Positions 27,377-32,000 of a DNA stretch of 32,000 nucleotides are shown one piece after another. Made by a program: the position numbers and the translations under genes. Position 1 is the first letter of the stretch, and every line of letters begins with the position of its first letter. The notes under the pieces are model-generated. The model was not told where the DNA came from. It saw nothing but the letters and a program-made list of their open reading frames with translations, and did no database searches. The DNA is from Promethearchaeia archaeon (GTDB lineage Archaea; Asgardarchaeota; Lokiarchaeia; Sigyniarchaeales; SOKP01): assembly GCA_046497275.1 (NCBI GenBank), contig JAWOFX010000092.1, positions 1 to 32,000 on the forward strand, read 5' to 3'.

Positions 27377-29386
27377 TTAAGCACGGTTTCCTACTCTATA
27401 CCCTCTTGCGATTGCTTCAAGAGCGGTTTCAGGTTTTCTTGCGGAACCAATTTTTTCTACTTCAATACCTAATTTTTTAATTGGTTTATAAAGTGCGTCA
27501 TTTGATTTAACTCCAGTGGCATAATAGACGTGGTCTACATTATCTATAATTTTCTCTACACCTTCAGGATCTTCATACTTCACATATTCATCTCCAATTT
27601 CCAAAACATTTACATTTGCTAATTTATCAACACCAAGTTTATCTACTTTATCTAATAGAACCCATTTGGTCGTCTTCCCTAAGATGGAACCAAATTTAGG
27701 TAATCTTTCCAAGACTGTGACTTTATTCTTGCCTTTATAGAGCATATCGAGTGCTACTTTAGGATCTAAAGCATCATAAAAGGTTAAGAATTTAAATTGT
27801 TCGAGGGATAATGAACCATATTCCGCAAGATAAATCGCTAATTCGATCCCCGTTGCACCTCCACCAATTATCACATTATTTTTTCCAACTGGAGCATCTT
27901 TAGTAAATACATCATTAGCCCAGAATACGTGAGGTTTATCAATTCCCGGTATCTTAGGTTTTATAGGCAATGAACCTGTAGCAAGAAATACCACATCAGG
28001 ATCGAATTCTTTTACCATGTCTAATGTCACTTCCGTGTTCAAAACTGTCTTTATATCTAAACTTTGAATCCAATAAGTATAATCTTCAATCATGCGTTTG
28101 AATTCATTTCTTCCAGGAGGGATCCAGATCGTATTAATGAGTCCACCGATTTTATCGTCTTTTTCAAAAATTGTTACATCATGTCCTCTTTTTGCTGCAA
28201 TCCGAGCAGACTCCAAACCTCCAGGACCAGCGCCTATAACCATGATTTTTTTCTTCTCTTCTAACGGATTTAATTCTCGTCTACTCTCATCAGCTGCTCT
28301 TGCATTTCTTAAACAAGTTATAGGTTTTAATGCAAAAACATTATCGAAGCATCCTTGATTACATGCCACACAGTGTATTATAGAATGAAGAGCATTGTTT
28401 TTTGCCTTTTGGGGCAAATAAGGATCAGCAATTAAAGGTCTTCCCATACATATTGCATCAGCTTTACCCGCCATCAAAATTTCCTCAGCCAAGACTGGAT
28501 CATTTATTCTATTAGATGAGAAAATGGGGATATTCACACGATTTTTTATTATTTCCGCTAAGTATGAATAAGCTCCCTCTGGAACGTCCATAGTTAGTTG
28601 AGGAACTTTCGTTTCATGCCATCCTCCCGTCACATTATAATAGTCCAAATATTCAGATAATTCTTCGGCCACTACTGCTTTTTCTTTATATGTATTACTT
28701 TCGGGAACAAAATCATCACCTGAAATCCTATAACCCACGACAAAATCATCAACGGTCGTTCTTATAAGGTCTAAAGTCTCTTTTGGAAATCTTAAACGAT
28801 CCTCTAGATCTCCCCCATATTCATCAGTTCGCTTATTCGTCTTAGGAGAAATGAATTGATCCATCAGGTATCCTGCATTAGCACAAACCTCAACCGCATC
28901 AAATCCCGCTTTTTTTGCTCTTAAGGCGGCATCCGCGAACGCTTTTTGCTCTCGCTCTATATCTTCATCTGTCATTTTACGAGGAGTGGTGTTGCTAAAA
29001 TTACTATACACTTCCGATGGCGCGATTGGTTGCTTCCCTATTATTTGCGGAAAAGCATAGGCTCCACCGTGATAAAGTTGACAGCAAACTTTCACATCAT
29101 CTCTTGTATTATGGACTGCGTCTGTAAATTCTCGTAATCCTGGGATAAATTTATCATCGTCAACCGCAATCATAGATGGTAATCCCTTGCCATAAATATC
29201 TACATAACATCCTCCGATAATCAGCATCCCCGCACCTCCTTTAGCTCGCTCAACGTAAAAATCGATTAACCTTTGAGTCATTGCACCTTGATCCGCAAGT
29301 CCAAGATGCATAGCAGGCATTATTATCCTGTTTGATACTTCTAAATTCTTAATGCTTAATGGAGTGAAAAGTTTAAAGAATTTCAT
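27377..29386 (-). CDS. fadH: NADH:flavin oxidoreductase, 2,4-dienoyl-CoA reductase (FadH)-like
   Basis: OYE barrel (AGYLMDQF, RTDEYGG, GGWHE), 4Fe-4S motif CVACNQGC...C, FAD GAGPGG and NAD(P)H GGGATG. The Tyr/His pair typical of FadH is present. Confidence 0.8.
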   Translation of the reverse strand: MKFFKLFTPLSIKNLEVSNRIIMPAMHLGLADQGAMTQRLIDFYVERAKGGAGMLIIGGCYVDIYGKGLPSMIAVDDDKFIPGLREFTDAVHNTRDDVKVCCQLYHGGAYAFPQIIGKQPIAPSEVYSNFSNTTPRKMTDEDIEREQKAFADAALRAKKAGFDAVEVCANAGYLMDQFISPKTNKRTDEYGGDLEDRLRFPKETLDLIRTTVDDFVVGYRISGDDFVPESNTYKEKAVVAEELSEYLDYYNVTGGWHETKVPQLTMDVPEGAYSYLAEIIKNRVNIPIFSSNRINDPVLAEEILMAGKADAICMGRPLIADPYLPQKAKNNALHSIIHCVACNQGCFDNVFALKPITCLRNARAADESRRELNPLEEKKKIMVIGAGPGGLESARIAAKRGHDVTIFEKDDKIGGLINTIWIPPGRNEFKRMIEDYTYWIQSLDIKTVLNTEVTLDMVKEFDPDVVFLATGSLPIKPKIPGIDKPHVFWANDVFTKDAPVGKNNVIIGGGATGIELAIYLAEYGSLSLEQFKFLTFYDALDPKVALDMLYKGKNKVTVLERLPKFGSILGKTTKWVLLDKVDKLGVDKLANVNVLEIGDEYVKYEDPEGVEKIIDNVDHVYYATGVKSNDALYKPIKKLGIEVEKIGSARKPETALEAIARGYRVGNRA

Positions 29387-29501
29387 ATCTTTTTCCTCTA
29401 TTTATATTTTTATATTAATTTAATTTTAATTTATATTTTAAAATATATAATTGTATAATTTTGAAAACATGAATTTTCAAATTAGAAAATTTTAGAATTT
29501 T

Positions 29502-30290
29502 TTAACGAAAATAAGAGTCTGTGCCTTTGTCTTTTTGATATTCTTTCATAAAATGATCAGCTTGCTCTTTAAATTTGTCAAGCATGTCTTCCATCTCCTC
29601 TATTTTTTTATCGAGCTCGGAATAATCCATTTCAATCGCAAAATAATCCTTTAACACAGTGACCAAAGATTTTGAAGCTTTTGGGTCGAGATTAATCATT
29701 CTTAGTGGCAAAGTTTCTGCTAATAAGCAAATTCCGGGAGCAAAATTATTTTTACCTGCCCATGCAGGCAATATACCATTAGCTCCAGCAATAACTCCAC
29801 TCTCCATCACTTCCGTGTTTTCTAATTCTAAAAAACTTTCTGTAATCTTTTTATCTGTCCCAGAAACATAGACTGTAGGCTCTTCTTTATCCATGGACTT
29901 ATCTGAAACCATAGCACCTGCGCTTAAATACATTCTAATATTTCCTTTTGTTAATTTGTCCATCTCCTCACAAAATTGTTTGGAAAATTCAAATACACCT
30001 TCTGGGGATTGGGGTTGATAATCACCTGTTAAAACAAAAATATCTCCGTTTTCACGACCTTTATAAAACAATTTTGCTGTTGGAATATCGAGAGCTCCCT
30101 CTTCTACTGAACTTTTGGGAGGAAAGTCAAAATACTGGATATCAAATACTAATTCCGCATTAATAGCATCTTTAATCGAACTAATTGCTAATTTTCCCAC
30201 TAATGCAATACCCGGCCAACCGATTAATACCGTGGGATTGTTTAATTTCTCTGGATCAAGTTCAAGTTTCTTCTCGAAATTTATATACAT
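29502..30290 (-). CDS. PAC2-family proteasome assembly chaperone-like protein
   Basis: GWPGIALVGKLA, GANGIL, GICLLAET, DPKASKSLV and a C-terminal coiled coil. Confidence 0.88.
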   Translation of the reverse strand: MYINFEKKLELDPEKLNNPTVLIGWPGIALVGKLAISSIKDAINAELVFDIQYFDFPPKSSVEEGALDIPTAKLFYKGRENGDIFVLTGDYQPQSPEGVFEFSKQFCEEMDKLTKGNIRMYLSAGAMVSDKSMDKEEPTVYVSGTDKKITESFLELENTEVMESGVIAGANGILPAWAGKNNFAPGICLLAETLPLRMINLDPKASKSLVTVLKDYFAIEMDYSELDKKIEEMEDMLDKFKEQADHFMKEYQKDKGTDSYFR

Positions 30291-30543
30291 ACATATTTTA
30301 ATTTATCTATCTAATTTAACTTTATTTCTCTTAAACATAGTTAATGAATAAAAATATCGCAAAATCATCAATTCATTTTAAAAGAGGATTATAACTAAAA
30401 TAAATGAAATTGTAATATAAATGGAGCCATTTATTCAAATCTCAAGGAAATATTAAAATCAAAACTTTGATGGATAATATTTAATATTTAATAATCTTTC
30501 TAATACATGAAATTTTATAGTTTGAAGGCGATTTCAAATTTCA

Positions 30544-31260
30544 ATGAATACTTTAGAATTTTTAAACGGATTTTTGAGTCTTATTTATGTTGGAATATCG
30601 TTATTGATTGGCTTAACTCTAATTTATTCATATTTTAAACGAAATGAAAAAATACTTATTTATATAGGTTTTAGTTTAATTGGAATTGTCACTCCATGGT
30701 ATCCGAGTAGTATTTCATTTATCGTGGCGCTTTTTAATTATGGAAAAGGAATTCCAGAAGTATTATATTATATAATAGGAAACGCATTCGGTCCTCTCTT
30801 CCTTTTTGTATGGTTGGTGGTTTTCACCAACTATTATTATCAAAAGTATAAGAAATATATATTAGGCGCCTCGATAATTTATGGAATCGTATTTGAAATC
30901 ATTTTTTTTACTTTATTAATATTGGATCCGTCAAATATAGCATATTATGAACCCCCCGTAAATGTCGAATTTACGGGTATTTATTTGATACTAGCGGTAT
31001 CAGTTATAATGATTTTTTTTATCACTGGAATACTATTTTCTTATGGTGCAATTACTTGCCATAGACAAGAGGATAAGATAAAGGGCTTTTTTGTTTTTAC
31101 CGCCTTTATATCTTACACCTTGGGAGCATTTTTAGATGCTGCAGTTCAACAAGATTATTTAAATTTAATAATCACCAGAACGATATTAATTTCGGGAGCA
31201 ATTGAATGGTATTTTGGATTTATTATGCCCAATTGGCTTAAAAAAAGAATCCTAAATTAA
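30544..31260 (+). CDS. Seven-TM membrane protein, paralog 1
   Basis: Seven hydrophobic segments; collinear with the downstream paralog. Confidence 0.88.
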   Translation: MNTLEFLNGFLSLIYVGISLLIGLTLIYSYFKRNEKILIYIGFSLIGIVTPWYPSSISFIVALFNYGKGIPEVLYYIIGNAFGPLFLFVWLVVFTNYYYQKYKKYILGASIIYGIVFEIIFFTLLILDPSNIAYYEPPVNVEFTGIYLILAVSVIMIFFITGILFSYGAITCHRQEDKIKGFFVFTAFISYTLGAFLDAAVQQDYLNLIITRTILISGAIEWYFGFIMPNWLKKRILN

Positions 31261-31453
31261 TCTTCCAAGAATTATAATTATCATAGATTTAGGTATAAAT
31301 AAGAGGCGTTTTATTCTTATGTCTCCCTAATAACATTATAACTATTTTTCACTCAATAACGATTATTTCACAGAAGAAGAATAAAGTAAATTTAATAATA
31401 AGAAGTTTTATTATTTAGGTAATTCAGCATTTAATTCTGAGTGGTTTCAAAAT

Positions 31454-32000
31454 ATGGATGCTTTCACTATTTTAAATGGTACTTTTAGTATAATATATGT
31501 ATTTATTTCAATCTTAGTTGGAGGTACAATGATCGCAGCTTATTTTAAAAATAAGGAAAAGCTGCTACTTTTGGTTGGTTTGACATGGATTGGTTTAGTA
31601 ATGCCATGGTATCCAAGTAGTATATCCTTTATCGTTGCTCTTTTCAATAATGGAGTAGGAATCTCAGAGATCGCATACTACTTAATTGGGAATGTTGCAG
31701 CTCCGGTTTTTATTTTTATTTGGTTAATGGCGTTTACAGAATTCTTTTTTGTAGAAAAACGTAAGGTTATATTAGGAGGAGGATTAGTTTACGTAATACT
31801 ATTTGAGGCTATATTTTTAATATTATTAATTCTGAATCCTAGTGGTATTGCCGACTTTGAACCCCCGATTAATGTAGATTATAAAGGTCTGTATTTAATT
31901 CTGGCATTATCCGTCATTCTCATAGTATCTACTACTGGATTATACTTTTCATATCGGTCGATTAAAACAGAGAAGAGAAAAACCAAAATAAAGGGATATT
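31454..32000 (+). CDS. Seven-TM membrane protein, paralog 2 (partial, runs off the window)
   Basis: Manual translation MDAFTILNGTFSIIYVFISILVGG...PWYPSSISFIVALFNNG...EPPINVDYKGLYLILA...KIKGY; not in the ORF track because it has no stop in the window. Confidence 0.9.
   Translation, partial: MDAFTILNGTFSIIYVFISILVGGTMIAAYFKNKEKLLLLVGLTWIGLVMPWYPSSISFIVALFNNGVGISEIAYYLIGNVAAPVFIFIWLMAFTEFFFVEKRKVILGGGLVYVILFEAIFLILLILNPSGIADFEPPINVDYKGLYLILALSVILIVSTTGLYFSYRSIKTEKRKTKIKGY

Noticed and set aside
26644-30351. Short plus-strand ORFs (26644, 28064, 28092, 28946, 29659, 29948, 30115)
   Set aside because: Antisense to the nucleotidyltransferase, FadH-like and PAC2 genes.
30544-31260. 7TM protein as a microbial rhodopsin
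   Set aside because: No retinal-binding Lys in helix 7 (TRTILISGAIEWYFG).
1-32000. CRISPR arrays, tRNA/rRNA genes, transposases, integrases
   Set aside because: No spaced repeats, GC-rich structural RNA blocks or mobile-element motifs seen by eye; tRNAscan-SE and Infernal were not run.

Overview
Very AT-rich, gene-dense archaeal window with no rRNA, tRNA, CRISPR array or recognisable mobile element. It is probably from an Asgard archaeon (Lokiarchaeia/Promethearchaeia). That is an inference from GGTGA-type ribosome-binding sites, a PAC2 gene, an SDS22-like LRR protein, several MFS transporters, tandem 7TM paralogs and a UGA-containing redoxin. Main content: three MFS transporters (one with a ~300-aa soluble tail), two tandem glutamate dehydrogenases, a CooC/AcsF ATPase paired with a truncated acetyl-CoA synthase-like protein, an SCP2 + FAD oxidoreductase + CCG Fe-S operon, a hotdog thioesterase coupled to an ILVBL/HACL2-like ThDP enzyme, TatD, an epoxide-hydrolase-like enzyme, a nucleotidyltransferase, a FadH-like reductase, PAC2 and several orphans. 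The most notable signal is missing from the ORF track. At 1-810 on the minus strand there is an AhpC/TSA redoxin with an in-frame TGA in a UxxC motif (probable selenoprotein). Upstream of it lie a 36-aa zinc-ribbon ORF and a kink-turn hairpin with the eukaryote-type SECIS core (AUGA...AAAA...UGA). All family assignments come from motif recognition by eye; no searches or folding programs were run.
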